From positions 1 through 22,081 of the forward strand of contig JBJCIZ010000881.1 in assembly GCA_051294375.1 (NCBI GenBank): DNA of 22,081 nucleotides, given 5' to 3'. The notes under the pieces were generated by a model. It made no database searches and was not told where the DNA came from. It worked only from the letters and a program-made list of their open reading frames with translations. Shown here one piece after another: positions 8,868-20,098 of this stretch; position 1 is the first letter of the stretch; every line of letters begins with the position of its first letter. The position numbers and the translations under genes were made by a program. The stretch is from Paraspadella gotoi. Its lineage: Eukaryota; Animalia; Chaetognatha.

Positions 8868-9108
8868 CGATGAATGATTCATCGCGTCAATGAATGACTA
8901 TCATCGCATCAATGAATGACTATCATCGTATCAATGAATGTTTATTATCATATCAATGAATGACTATCATCGCATCAATCATTTGATTATCATCACATCA
9001 GTCATTTTTTGTTATCATCGCATCAATTATTGGTTATCATCGCGTCAATATTTGGTTATCATCGCATCAATATTTGGTTATCATCGCATCAATATTTGGT
9101 TACCATCG
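8868..9108 (+). repeat. 22-bp minisatellite (TATCATCGCATCAAT + GAATGAC or ATTTGGT), about 11 copies (also in copies B and C)
   Basis: Directly visible periodicity. Confidence 0.9.
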
Positions 9109-9597
9109 AAAGCTGGCTCGATCCTTATGCTTTTAAGATTTTTATTATACAGTTTTGACGGAATTGTGCAGTGGAAATGGAGTTTAAGAAGGAAACGCAA
9201 GTTTGAGCAAACAATGTCGGGATCGTGCCTACGATAATATAATAATTAATTAATTAATTATCGATTAATTAATTTAATTAATTTAATATCGTAATGAATC
9301 TTTAAATGTATATTCAACTTAATCTACATCGATGTCCTTAAAATTGCGGTTAGGACAGTTATTAAATATGTTTTGTTGCAGTTTTATCAAAAAACAAAGC
9401 AAGAATCCTCTATTTTATTTTAGTGTCTCCTTGTCTCTCTCATCTTCTCACTCGTCTGCTCTTCTCTCTCCCTCTCTCGTTTTATAAGCAATTCCGACGA
9501 TCTTTATGCTTTTAGATTTTTTTAAGGCATTGCATCATTTTTTCACATTAATTAATTAGTACTAATTAAATAGTAAAACATTTATTATAATCATTAA

Positions 9598-9804
9598 CGA
9601 TGAGGAGGAGGGGCTTCGCCTCCTGCATCTTCTTCCTCCCCATTCCTCGTCCTCTCCTCACGGGGCTCGTTGATTTTCACGATTTTACTTTTACACCTTT
9701 TCTCCGTCTTCTTACATTTTACTGATTACTGGACGCCTCTCTCTCAAATAAACGCTTACCTTTCTATTTCCCGTTCTATTATTTCACGAGGATACTATCC
9801 AAGG
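9598..9804 (+). mobile_element. 5' (left) terminal direct repeat of the LTR-like element, copy A
   Basis: Preceded by ATTAA (9593-9597), contains AATAAA, and is followed by PBS-like TGCGCCCAATGTG (9805-9817). Confidence 0.8.
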
Positions 9805-10162
9805 TGCGCCCAATGTGCTGTCTTGTACATTAACCACCTTTCCACCCTGTATTCCTGAAGACTTTCTTTTCATATTTTTCGCTCTTTTTTTTCGGCATTA
9901 AAAAAAAAAATATCAATTTAATCATGAAGAAGAAAAAGAGAAAAAAAATGTTACTTAATGTAACAACTGAAATTTTTTGATAAAAAAAAAATTTCTCTCT
10001 TCTTAATTTTCTCTCTTCGTCTGTCTTGATTCATTCTGATTTCATTCTGAATCAACATCGTCGCCGTCTCTACCCACCCTTGTTGCCTTTTTGAACGGAG
10101 TGAAGAAGGAAGAAAGGAAGGCAGGGCTGAAGGCGTTAATCTTTTTTTTCCTCAGGAACGCC

Positions 10163-11120
10163 AAAGGGAAACGTCGCTTTCCTGGACTTCTCCGTCGAGA
10201 GAAGGGCCTCACTAAAGAAAGAGAGAAGGGAAACGACGTTTTTCCCTGGACTTCTCCGCCAGAGAAGGGCCTCACTAAAGAAAGAGAGAAGGGAAACGAC
10301 GTTTTCCCTGGACTTCTCTGCCAAGAGAAGGGCCCTGCCGAAGAAAGAAAGAGAAGGGAAACAACGTTTTTCCCTGGACTTCTCCGTCGAGAGAAGGGCC
10401 TCGCTGAAGAAAGAGAGAAGGGAAACGTCGTTTTTCCCTGGACTTCTCTGCCAAGAGAAGGGCCTCGTTAAAGAAAAGAAAGAGAAGGGAAACGTCGTTT
10501 TTCCCTGGCCTTCTCCGTGAGAGAAGGGCCCTGCCGAAGAAAAGAAGAGAAGGGAAACGTCGGTTTTCCCGAACTTCTCTGTCGAGAGAAGGGCCCTGCC
10601 GAAGAAAAGAAAGAGAAGGGAAACGTCGTTTTTTCCCTGGACTTTCGCCGTCGAGAGAAGGGCCCGGCAGAAGAAAAGAAAGAAAAGGGAAACGTCGTTT
10701 TTCCCTGGCCTTCTCCGCCGAGAGAAGGGCCCTGCCGAAGAAAAGAAAGAGAAGGAAACGTCGTTTTTCCCTGGACTTCTCCGTCGAGAGAAGGGCCCTA
10801 GCTAAAGAAAGAGAGAAGGGAAACGTCGCTTTCCCTGGACTTCTCTGCCAAGAGAAGGGCCTCGCTAAGAAAGAGAGAAGGGAAACGTCGTTTTTCCCTG
10901 GACTTCTCTGCCAAGAGAAGGGCTTTGCTGAGGAAAAGAAAGAGAAGGGAAACGACGTTTTTCCTGGACTTCTCTGCCAAGAGAAGAGCCGCGCTAAAGA
11001 AAGAGAGAAGGGAAACGTCGCTTTCCCTGGACTTCTCCGTCGAGAGAAGGGTCTCGCTAGAAGGAGAGAAGGGGAAACGTCGTTTTTCCCTGGACTTCTC
11101 CGCCGAGAGAAGGGCGTCGT
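10163..11120 (+). repeat. Tandem array of about 15 units of 62-70 bp, each with two hairpins (copy A)
   Basis: Unit: AAGGGAAACG(T/A)CGTTTTTCCCT-GGA-CTTCTC(CGTCGA or TGCCAA)GAGAAG-GGCC...-purine-rich linker. Confidence 0.95.
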
Positions 11121-11263
11121 TGAAAAAAGGTAAAGGGAAAAGTTTTTTTCCCGGCATCCCGCCGAAGAGGGAAGAAAGGGAAAAGTTTTTTTTCTTTCCC
11201 CGGCCCTTCTTTGCCGAAAGAAAAGGCGAAGCTGAGTAGGGGAGCCTTTCCCACCGCTCAGGG

Positions 11264-11540
11264 GCAGTGTATAGAGCGCGACAAGCGCCGCCGCCATCGC
11301 CGCCACGCATTGCCGGTAGGGAAGACGGTCACCGTCCGATCGAACTAGAGAATATCGAAAGTAGCCCTGCCCTTCACGTCTTTGTCGCCACGGCGACTGA
11401 TAACGACAAAGACAAACGGTAAAGACGCTTTTTAAGCGCAGGCTCTCCCTCCCGATGACGAGAGAAACCGGAAGATTCGCCGCCGCAGTGTATAGAGCGC
11501 GACTAGCGCCGCCGCCGTGTTGCCGGTAGAGAAGACGGTC
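11264..11540 (+). repeat. Duplicated GC-rich cassette GCAGTGTATAGAGCGCGAC(A/T)AGCGCCGCCGCC...TTGCCGGTAG(G/A)GAAGACGGTC
   Basis: Copies at 11264-11330 and 11485-11540; also present in copy B. Confidence 0.85.
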
Positions 11541-11653
11541 AAAGTGGAGAATATCGGCGGACCCAAAAATTCGGGCAACGAATAAAGATGAGTCCCGTTG
11601 TACCAATTTTCGCGGCCGCCTTCTCTCTCTTTGTTAAAAGAGTTTTTCGCCTT

Positions 11654-12013
11654 CTTTCGGTCTCTGCCGTTTTTGAACTTTTTCCTTTAATTTTGTCGCT
11701 TTCTCCAAAAGGTCGGATCGACCTCTACATTCCGAAACCCGATCGGCCGAAAGTTTCCTTTCACCGTTATCTAAACGACCGGTGATTAAGAATCAACATC
11801 GGCGAAAGAGAGAGGGATCGGAGAAAGAAAAAGAGAGAAAGAAAGAAAGAAGAAAGGGGTTTGGGAGAAATTCGATTCTTAATCACCGGTCGTTTAGATA
11901 ACGGTGAAAGGAAACTTTCGGCCGATCGGGTTTCGGAATGTAGAGGTCGATCCGACCTTTTGGAGAAAGCGACAAAATTAAAGGAAAAAGTTCAAAAACG
12001 GCGAGACCGAAAG
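11654..12013. repeat. Fold-back ending copy A
   Basis: 11874-12013 is the reverse complement of 11654-11794, with a 79-bp spacer; it ends at a gap. Confidence 0.9.
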
Positions 12014-12038
12014 NNNNNNNNNNNNNNNNNNNNNNNNN
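12014..12038. other. Assembly gap (25 N)
   Basis: Run of 25 N. Confidence 1.
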
Positions 12039-14551
12039 AAAATATATATATAATTTAAAGATATAAAAGAAAGGCAAAAATATGTTACAATTGTTTACAA
12101 TTGGAAATTTTTCCAATTTTTCCAATCGCAGCTTGTAAAAGATTTTATTTTTATTTGTATAAATTTAAGATATAGCTTCTCATTAAAAAAGTTATTTTGA
12201 GTTCCATTTTTATTATAGATTTTAAAAAAAAATTTTGAATTCATGTTCAATATTATATACTGCAAATGTAAATTAGATTAAAGCATTTCTATATACTAAT
12301 TTGGATATTATAATGAGTACTTTAATCTCATTTGCATATTGCAGTAAATCATAATGAAGTGGAAATTCAAACAAAAAATACTTAAATCCAAATGTAATAT
12401 GAAAATATCAAAGCTATTCAGAGTGAGAAGCCATATCTAAATTTTTTAACTTACTATGATCGCACACTTTTATAAAACTTCATTGTAATTCATAATAATT
12501 TATTAAAAAAAAACGGTAAGTCCCAGCAAACTAAAAAGCGCAGTAGTTTTTATACAAAAAAGCGTGACGCCGACGACGCCGACGACGACGACGACGACTA
12601 CGTCACAAAGAAGCAATACTAAAACATTATAGAGCTGACCCGCTTCGCCGGTCATGGCTCGATAAAAATAGATGTAAAAACACGAGATTCCGATCCTGTT
12701 GCATCTGAAGGGCTGGCATTTTTTTTCTCTTGTCAAATAACCTTCATTTTGACATCAAACTATTATTGGTGATTAACATCGTTTTATGAGAAAATATTTG
12801 AGCAATATATTTCGGTTAATAATATTGCTCAAATAAAATAATATGCGTTTTCCTCATAAAACGATGTAAATCACCAATACTATGTACAGAACATCGAATT
12901 ATGATTAATTATGCAAAAAAAAACGATGTCCGTCCGTCCGTCCGTCCTTCCGTCCGTCCGTCCGTCGTCCGACCATCCGTCCGTCCGTTCGTCCGTCCGT
13001 CCGTCCGTCCGTCCGTCCGTCCGTTTGTCTGTCCGTCCATTCCGTCCGTCACACCTTAGCAAAAAACGCCAATTACTCGTGATTGGATGGATGGATTAGA
13101 ATGAAATTTTGTGTGTGTGTAGGGAAGTGTGTGAATGAGCTGTATATGAAGTTTCGATGGAATCGTCCGAGTGGAAATGAGTTTAAATGGAAAAATAAAA
13201 AATAAATTTCACTATTTGAACACCAAATTGACTTAGAAATTTTGTATTTGGGTAGAAAAGTGTGTGATTGAGCTGGAAATAAAGTTTTGATGAATCGTTT
13301 GAGTGGAAATGAGTTTAATGGAAAAAAACAAAAAAACCTGTTTCACTAATTGATTATGCTTCTTTTTCCTTTTATATTAAATGTAAATGAAGGAAGTATT
13401 AATAATCAAATAATGAATCAGTTAATTAATCAATTAGGCAATTAATAAATCAAAAATTAATTAGTCAATCAATCCGTCCATCTTAGCAAAAACCTCCAAT
13501 AACTCGTGATTGGCTGGTTGGATTGGAATTAAATTTTGTGTGTGGATAGGACAGTGTGAGATGAAGCTGGATATAAAGTTTCGATGGAATCGTGCGAGTG
13601 GAAATGAGTTTTAATGGAAAAAACATAAGTTGCATTTACTAAAATATTTTTACTTATTTTTAACCAATACATACTCTATTTAATCATAATTGGATGGATA
13701 TTTTGAGTTGAAATTTTTGTGAGTGGGTAGGAAAGTGAGTAGGAACGAGAGAGACCGAACAATGCGTTTCGTTGGCGGGAAAACTGTCCAGCCTTCTCTC
13801 TCTCTCTCTCTCTTTCACTCATAACACGCATTTGTTTGTTTTAATTAACGATGAATGATTCATCGCGTCAATGAATGACTATCATCGCATCAATGAATGA
13901 CTATCATCGTATCAATGAATGTTTATTATCATATCAATGAATGACTATCATCGCATCAATCATTTGATTATCATCACATCAGTCATTTTTTGTTATCATC
14001 GCATCAATTATTGGTTATCATCGCGTCAATATTTGGTTATCATCGCATCAATATTTGGTTATCATCGCATCAATATTTGGTTACCATCGAAAGCTGGCTC
14101 GATCCTTATGCTTTTAAGATTTTTATTATACAGTTTTGACGGAATTGTGCAGTGGAAAAGAGTTTAGAGGGAAACAAGTTTGAGCAAACAATGTCGGATC
14201 TGCCTACGATAATTAATTAATTAATTAATTAATTATTCGATTAATTAATTAATTAATTAATATGTAATAATTTTAAATTTATATTCAACTTATTATCATC
14301 GATGTCCTTAAAATTGGGTTAGGACAGTTATTAAATATGTTTTGTTTACATTTTATCAAAAACAAGCAAATATCCTCTATTTTATTTTATGTCTCCTTCT
14401 CTCTCTCTCTCTCACTCTCTCTCTCTCTCTCTCTCTTTTTCTCTCTTTTTAAGCAATTCCGACGATCTTTATGCTTTTAAGATTTTTTTAGCTTGCATCA
14501 TTTTTTCACATTAATTAATTATTAATTAAAACATTTATTAGTAATCATTAA

Positions 14552-14762
14552 CGATGAGGAGGAGGGGCTTCGCCTCCTGCATCTTCTTCCTCCCCATTCC
14601 TCGTCCTCTCCTCACGGGGCTCGTTGATTTTCACGATTTTACTTTTACACCTTTTCTCCCGTACTTCTTACATTTTACTGATTACTGGACGCCTCTCTCT
14701 CAAATAAACGCTTTACCTTCTATTTCCCGTTCTATTATTTCACGAGGATACTTATTCCAAGG
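14552..14762 (+). mobile_element. 5' terminal direct repeat, copy B
   Basis: ATTAA at 14547-14551; followed by TTGCGCCAATGTG (14763-14775). Confidence 0.8.
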
Positions 14763-15116
14763 TTGCGCCAATGTGCTGTCTTGTACATTAACCACCTTTC
14801 CACCCTGTATTCCTGAAGACTTTCTTTTCATATTTTTCGCTCTTTTTTTTCGGCATTAAAAAAAAAAATATCAATTTAATCATGAAGAAGGAAAAAGAGA
14901 AAAAAATGTTACTTAATGTAACAACTGAAATTTTTTGATAAAAAAAAATTTCTCTTTCTTAATTTTCTCTCTTCGTCTGTCTTGATTCATTTCTGATTTT
15001 CATTCTGAATCACATCGTCGCCGTCTCTACCCACCCTTGTTGCCTTTTGAACGGAAGTGAAGAAAGAAGAAAGGAAGGCAGGCTGAAGGCGTTAATTTTT
15101 TTTTCCTCAGAACGCC

Positions 15117-16085
15117 AAAGGGAAAACGTCGCTTTCCCTGGGGACTTCTCCGTCGAGAGAAGGGCCTCACTAAAGAAAGAGAGAAGGGAAACGACGTTTT
15201 TCCCTGGACTTCTCCGCCAGGAGAAGGGCCTCACTAAAGAAAGAGAGAAGGGAAACGACGTTTTCCCTGGACTTCTCTGCCCAAGAGAAGGGCCCCTGCC
15301 GAAGGAAAAGAAAGAGAAGGGAAACAACGTTTTTCCCTGGACTTCTCCGTTCGAGAGAAGGGCCTCGCTGAAGAAAGAGAGAAGGGAAACGTCGTTTTTC
15401 CCTGGACTTCTCTGCCAAGAGAAGGGCCTCGTTAAAGAAAAGAAAGAGAAGGGAAACGTCGTTTTTCCCTGGCCTTCTCCGTGAGAGAAAGGGCCCTTGC
15501 CGAAGAAAAGAAAGAGAAGGGAAACGTCGGTTTTCCCGAACTTCTCTGTCGGAGAAGGGCCCTGCCGAAGAAAAGAAAGAGAAGGGAAACGTCGTTTTTT
15601 CCCTGGACTTTCGCCGTCGAGAGAGGCCCGGCAGAAGAAAAGAAAGAGAAAGGGAACGTCGTTTTTTCCCTGGCCTTCTCCGCCGAAGAAGCGGCCTGCC
15701 GAAGAAAAGAAAGAGAAGGAAACGTCGTTTTTCCCTGGACTTCTCCGTCTGAGAGAAGGGCCTAGCTAAAGAAAGAGAGAAGGGAAACGTCGCTTTCCCT
15801 GGACTTCTCTGCCAAGAGAAGGGCCTCGCTAAGAAAGAGAGAAAGGGAAACGTCGTTTTTCCCTGGACTTCTCTGCCAGAGAAGGGCTTTGCTGAGGAAA
15901 AGAAAGAAGAGGGAAACGACGTTTTTCCTGGACTTCTCTGCCAAGAGAAGAGCCGCGCTAAAGAAAGAGAGAAGGGAAACGTCGCTTTCCCTGGACTTCT
16001 CCGTCGAGAGAAGGGTCTCGCTGAAGAAGGAGAGAAGGGAAACGTCGTTTTTCCCTGGGACTTCTCCGCCGAGAGAAGGGCGTCG
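15117..16085 (+). repeat. Double-hairpin array, copy B
   Basis: Same unit order as 10163-11120. Confidence 0.9.
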
Positions 16086-17336
16086 TTGAAAAAAGGTAAA
16101 GGGAAAAGTTTTTTTTCCCGGCATCCCGCCGAAGAGGGAAGAAAGGGAAAAGTTTTTTTTTCTTTCCCCGGCCCTTCTTTGCCGAAAGAAAAGGGCGAAG
16201 CTGAGTAGGGGAAGCCTTTCCCCACCGCCTCAGGGGCAGTGTATAGAGCGCGACAAGCGCCGCCGCCATCGCCGCCACCGCATTGCCGGTAGGGAAGACG
16301 GTCACCGTCCCGATCGAACTAGAGAATATCGAAAGTAGCCCCTGCCCTTCACGTCTTTGTCGCCACGGCGACTGATAACGACAAAGACAAACGGTAAAGA
16401 CGCTCTTTTAAGCGCAGGCTCTCCCTCCCGATGACGAGAGAAACCGGAAGATTCGCCGCCGCAGTGTTATAGAGCGCGACTAGCGCCGCCGCCGTGTTGC
16501 CGGTAGAGAAGACGGTCAAAGTGGAGAATATCGGCGGCCCAAGTAAATCAGGGAACGAATAAAGATGAGTCCCGTGTACCCAATTTTCGCGGCCGCCTTC
16601 TCTCTCTTTGTTAAAAGAGTTTTTCGCCTTTCTTATTTTACTTTTGGGCCGCCGATATTCTCCACTTTGACCGTCTTCTCTACCGGCAACACGGCGGCGG
16701 CGCTAGTCGCGCTCTATACACTGCGGCGGCGAATCTTCCGGTTTCTCTCGTCATCGGGAGGGAGAGCCTGCGCTTAAAAGAGCGTCTTTACCGTTTGTCT
16801 TTGTCGTTATCGTCGCCGTGGCGACAAAGACGTGAAGGGCAGGGGCTACTTTCGATATTCTCTAGTTCGATCGGGACGGTGACCGTCTTCCCTACCGGCA
16901 ATGCGGTGGCGGCGATGGCGGCGGCGCTTGTCGCGCTCTATACACTGCCCCTGAGGCGGTGGGGAAAGGCTTCCCCTACTCAGCTTCGCCCTTTTCTTTC
17001 GGCAAAGAAGGGCCGGGGAAAGAAAAAAAAACTTTTCCCTTTCTTCCCTCTTCGGCGGGATGCCGGGAAAAAAAACTTTTCCCTTTACCTTTTTTCAACG
17101 ACGCCCTTCTCTCGGCGGAGAAGTCCAGGGAAAAACGACGTTTCCCTTCTCTCCTTCTTCAGCGAGACCCTTCTCTCGACGGAGAAGTCCAGGGAAAGCG
17201 ACGTTTCCCTTCTCTCTTTCTTTAGCGCGGCTCTTCTCTTGGCAGAGAAGTCCAGGGAAAAACGTCGTTTCCCTTCTCTTTCTTTTCCTCAGCAAAGCCC
17301 TTCTCTTGGCAGAGAAGTCCAGGGAAAAACGACGTT
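15849..17336. repeat. Fold-back ending copy B
   Basis: ~16638-17336 is the reverse complement of ~15849-16547. The ~90-bp spacer is ordinary forward sequence (matches ~11570-11655). Confidence 0.9.
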
Positions 17337-17361
17337 NNNNNNNNNNNNNNNNNNNNNNNNN
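17337..17361. other. Assembly gap (25 N)
   Basis: Run of 25 N. Confidence 1.
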
Positions 17362-19874
17362 AAAATATATATATAATTTAAAGATATAAAAGAAAGGCAA
17401 AAATATGTTACAATTGTTTACAATTGGAAATTTTTCCAATTTTTCCAATCGCAGCTTGTAAAAGATTTTATTTTTATTTGTATAAATTTAAGATATAGCT
17501 TCTCATTAAAAAAGTTATTTTGAGTTCCATTTTTATTATAGATTTTAAAAAAAAATTTTGAATTCATGTTCAATATTATATACTGCAAATGTAAATTAGA
17601 TTAAAGCATTTCTATATACTAATTTGGATATTATAATGAGTACTTTAATCTCATTTGCATATTGCAGTAAATCATAATGAAGTGGAAATTCAAACAAAAA
17701 ATACTTAAATCCAAATGTAATATGAAAATATCAAAGCTATTCAGAGTGAGAAGCCATATCTAAATTTTTTAACTTACTATGATCGCACACTTTTATAAAA
17801 CTTCATTGTAATTCATAATAATTTATTAAAAAAAAACGGTAAGTCCCAGCAAACTAAAAAGCGCAGTAGTTTTTATACAAAAAAGCGTGACGCCGACGAC
17901 GCCGACGACGACGACGACGACTACGTCACAAAGAAGCAATACTAAAACATTATAGAGCTGACCCGCTTCGCCGGTCATGGCTCGATAAAAATAGATGTAA
18001 AAACACGAGATTCCGATCCTGTTGCATCTGAAGGGCTGGCATTTTTTTTCTCTTGTCAAATAACCTTCATTTTGACATCAAACTATTATTGGTGATTAAC
18101 ATCGTTTTATGAGAAAATATTTGAGCAATATATTTCGGTTAATAATATTGCTCAAATAAAATAATATGCGTTTTCCTCATAAAACGATGTAAATCACCAA
18201 TACTATGTACAGAACATCGAATTATGATTAATTATGCAAAAAAAAACGATGTCCGTCCGTCCGTCCGTCCTTCCGTCCGTCCGTCCGTCGTCCGACCATC
18301 CGTCCGTCCGTTCGTCCGTCCGTCCGTCCGTCCGTCCGTCCGTCCGTTTGTCTGTCCGTCCATTCCGTCCGTCACACCTTAGCAAAAAACGCCAATTACT
18401 CGTGATTGGATGGATGGATTAGAATGAAATTTTGTGTGTGTGTAGGGAAGTGTGTGAATGAGCTGTATATGAAGTTTCGATGGAATCGTCCGAGTGGAAA
18501 TGAGTTTAAATGGAAAAATAAAAAATAAATTTCACTATTTGAACACCAAATTGACTTAGAAATTTTGTATTTGGGTAGAAAAGTGTGTGATTGAGCTGGA
18601 AATAAAGTTTTGATGAATCGTTTGAGTGGAAATGAGTTTAATGGAAAAAAACAAAAAAACCTGTTTCACTAATTGATTATGCTTCTTTTTCCTTTTATAT
18701 TAAATGTAAATGAAGGAAGTATTAATAATCAAATAATGAATCAGTTAATTAATCAATTAGGCAATTAATAAATCAAAAATTAATTAGTCAATCAATCCGT
18801 CCATCTTAGCAAAAACCTCCAATAACTCGTGATTGGCTGGTTGGATTGGAATTAAATTTTGTGTGTGGATAGGACAGTGTGAGATGAAGCTGGATATAAA
18901 GTTTCGATGGAATCGTGCGAGTGGAAATGAGTTTTAATGGAAAAAACATAAGTTGCATTTACTAAAATATTTTTACTTATTTTTAACCAATACATACTCT
19001 ATTTAATCATAATTGGATGGATATTTTGAGTTGAAATTTTTGTGAGTGGGTAGGAAAGTGAGTAGGAACGAGAGAGACCGAACAATGCGTTTCGTTGGCG
19101 GGAAAACTGTCCAGCCTTCTCTCTCTCTCTCTCTCTTTCACTCATAACACGCATTTGTTTGTTTTAATTAACGATGAATGATTCATCGCGTCAATGAATG
19201 ACTATCATCGCATCAATGAATGACTATCATCGTATCAATGAATGTTTATTATCATATCAATGAATGACTATCATCGCATCAATCATTTGATTATCATCAC
19301 ATCAGTCATTTTTTGTTATCATCGCATCAATTATTGGTTATCATCGCGTCAATATTTGGTTATCATCGCATCAATATTTGGTTATCATCGCATCAATATT
19401 TGGTTACCATCGAAAGCTGGCTCGATCCTTATGCTTTTAAGATTTTTATTATACAGTTTTGACGGAATTGTGCAGTGGAAAAGAGTTTAGAGGGAAACAA
19501 GTTTGAGCAAACAATGTCGGATCTGCCTACGATAATTAATTAATTAATTAATTAATTATTCGATTAATTAATTAATTAATTAATATGTAATAATTTTAAA
19601 TTTATATTCAACTTATTATCATCGATGTCCTTAAAATTGGGTTAGGACAGTTATTAAATATGTTTTGTTTACATTTTATCAAAAACAAGCAAATATCCTC
19701 TATTTTATTTTATGTCTCCTTCTCTCTCTCTCTCTCACTCTCTCTCTCTCTCTCTCTCTTTTTCTCTCTTTTTAAGCAATTCCGACGATCTTTATGCTTT
19801 TAAGATTTTTTTAGCTTGCATCATTTTTTCACATTAATTAATTATTAATTAAAACATTTATTAGTAATCATTAA

Positions 19875-20084
19875 CGATGAGGAGGAGGGCTTCGCCTCCT
19901 GCATCTTCTTCTCCCCATTCCTCGTTCCTCTCCTCACGGGGCTCGTTGATTTTTCACGATTTTACTTTTACACCTTTCTCCCGTACTTCTTACATTTACT
20001 GATTACTGGACGCCTCTCTCTCAATAAACGCTTTACCTTCTATTTCCCGTTCTATTTATTTCACGAGGATTACTTATTCCAAGG
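19875..20084 (+). mobile_element. 5' terminal direct repeat, copy C
   Basis: ATTAA at 19870-19874; CGATGAGG...TTCCAAGG, 210 bp. Confidence 0.8.
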
Positions 20085-20098
20085 TGGCGCCCAATGTG
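20085..20098 (+). promoter_or_regulatory. Putative primer-binding site for tRNA-Lys(CUU) (Lys1,2 type)
   Basis: TGGCGCCCAATGTG directly after the terminal repeat; 13 of 14 identical to the known Lys1,2 PBS TGGCGCCCAACGTG(GGGC), the difference allowing a G-U pair. Copies A and B differ from it at one or two positions. Confidence 0.65.

Larger units (their letters stand above)
7058..12013 (+). repeat. Copy A of a ~5-kb block present three times
   Basis: Starts AAAATATATATATAATTTAAAGATA right after a gap. The same sequence recurs at offsets +4981 and +10304 (identical ORFs at 7522, 12503, 17826). Confidence 0.95.
12039..17336 (+). repeat. Copy B of the ~5-kb block
   Basis: Appears identical to copy A for ~2.1 kb, then differs by small indels. 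Confidence 0.95.

Noticed and set aside
10163-11120. CRISPR array (palindromic repeat, ~65-bp period)
   Set aside because: The linkers are near-identical purine tracts, not unique spacers.
10163-11540. rDNA intergenic spacer
   Set aside because: No rRNA sequence is present, and the region lies directly behind a terminal repeat and PBS.
10275-11606. 443-aa ORF and related 351-aa and 237-aa ORFs as protein-coding genes
   Set aside because: They translate the hairpin array, several frames on both strands are open, and the frame changes between copies A, B and C.
19871-19874. piggyBac insertion at TTAA
   Set aside because: The element ends are long direct repeats, not terminal inverted repeats, and the shared flank extends to ATTAA.
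19875-20084. Hammerhead ribozyme in the terminal repeat (retrozyme or Penelope-like)
   Set aside because: I found no CTGANGA core on either strand; the closest is CTGATTA. An Infernal search would settle it.
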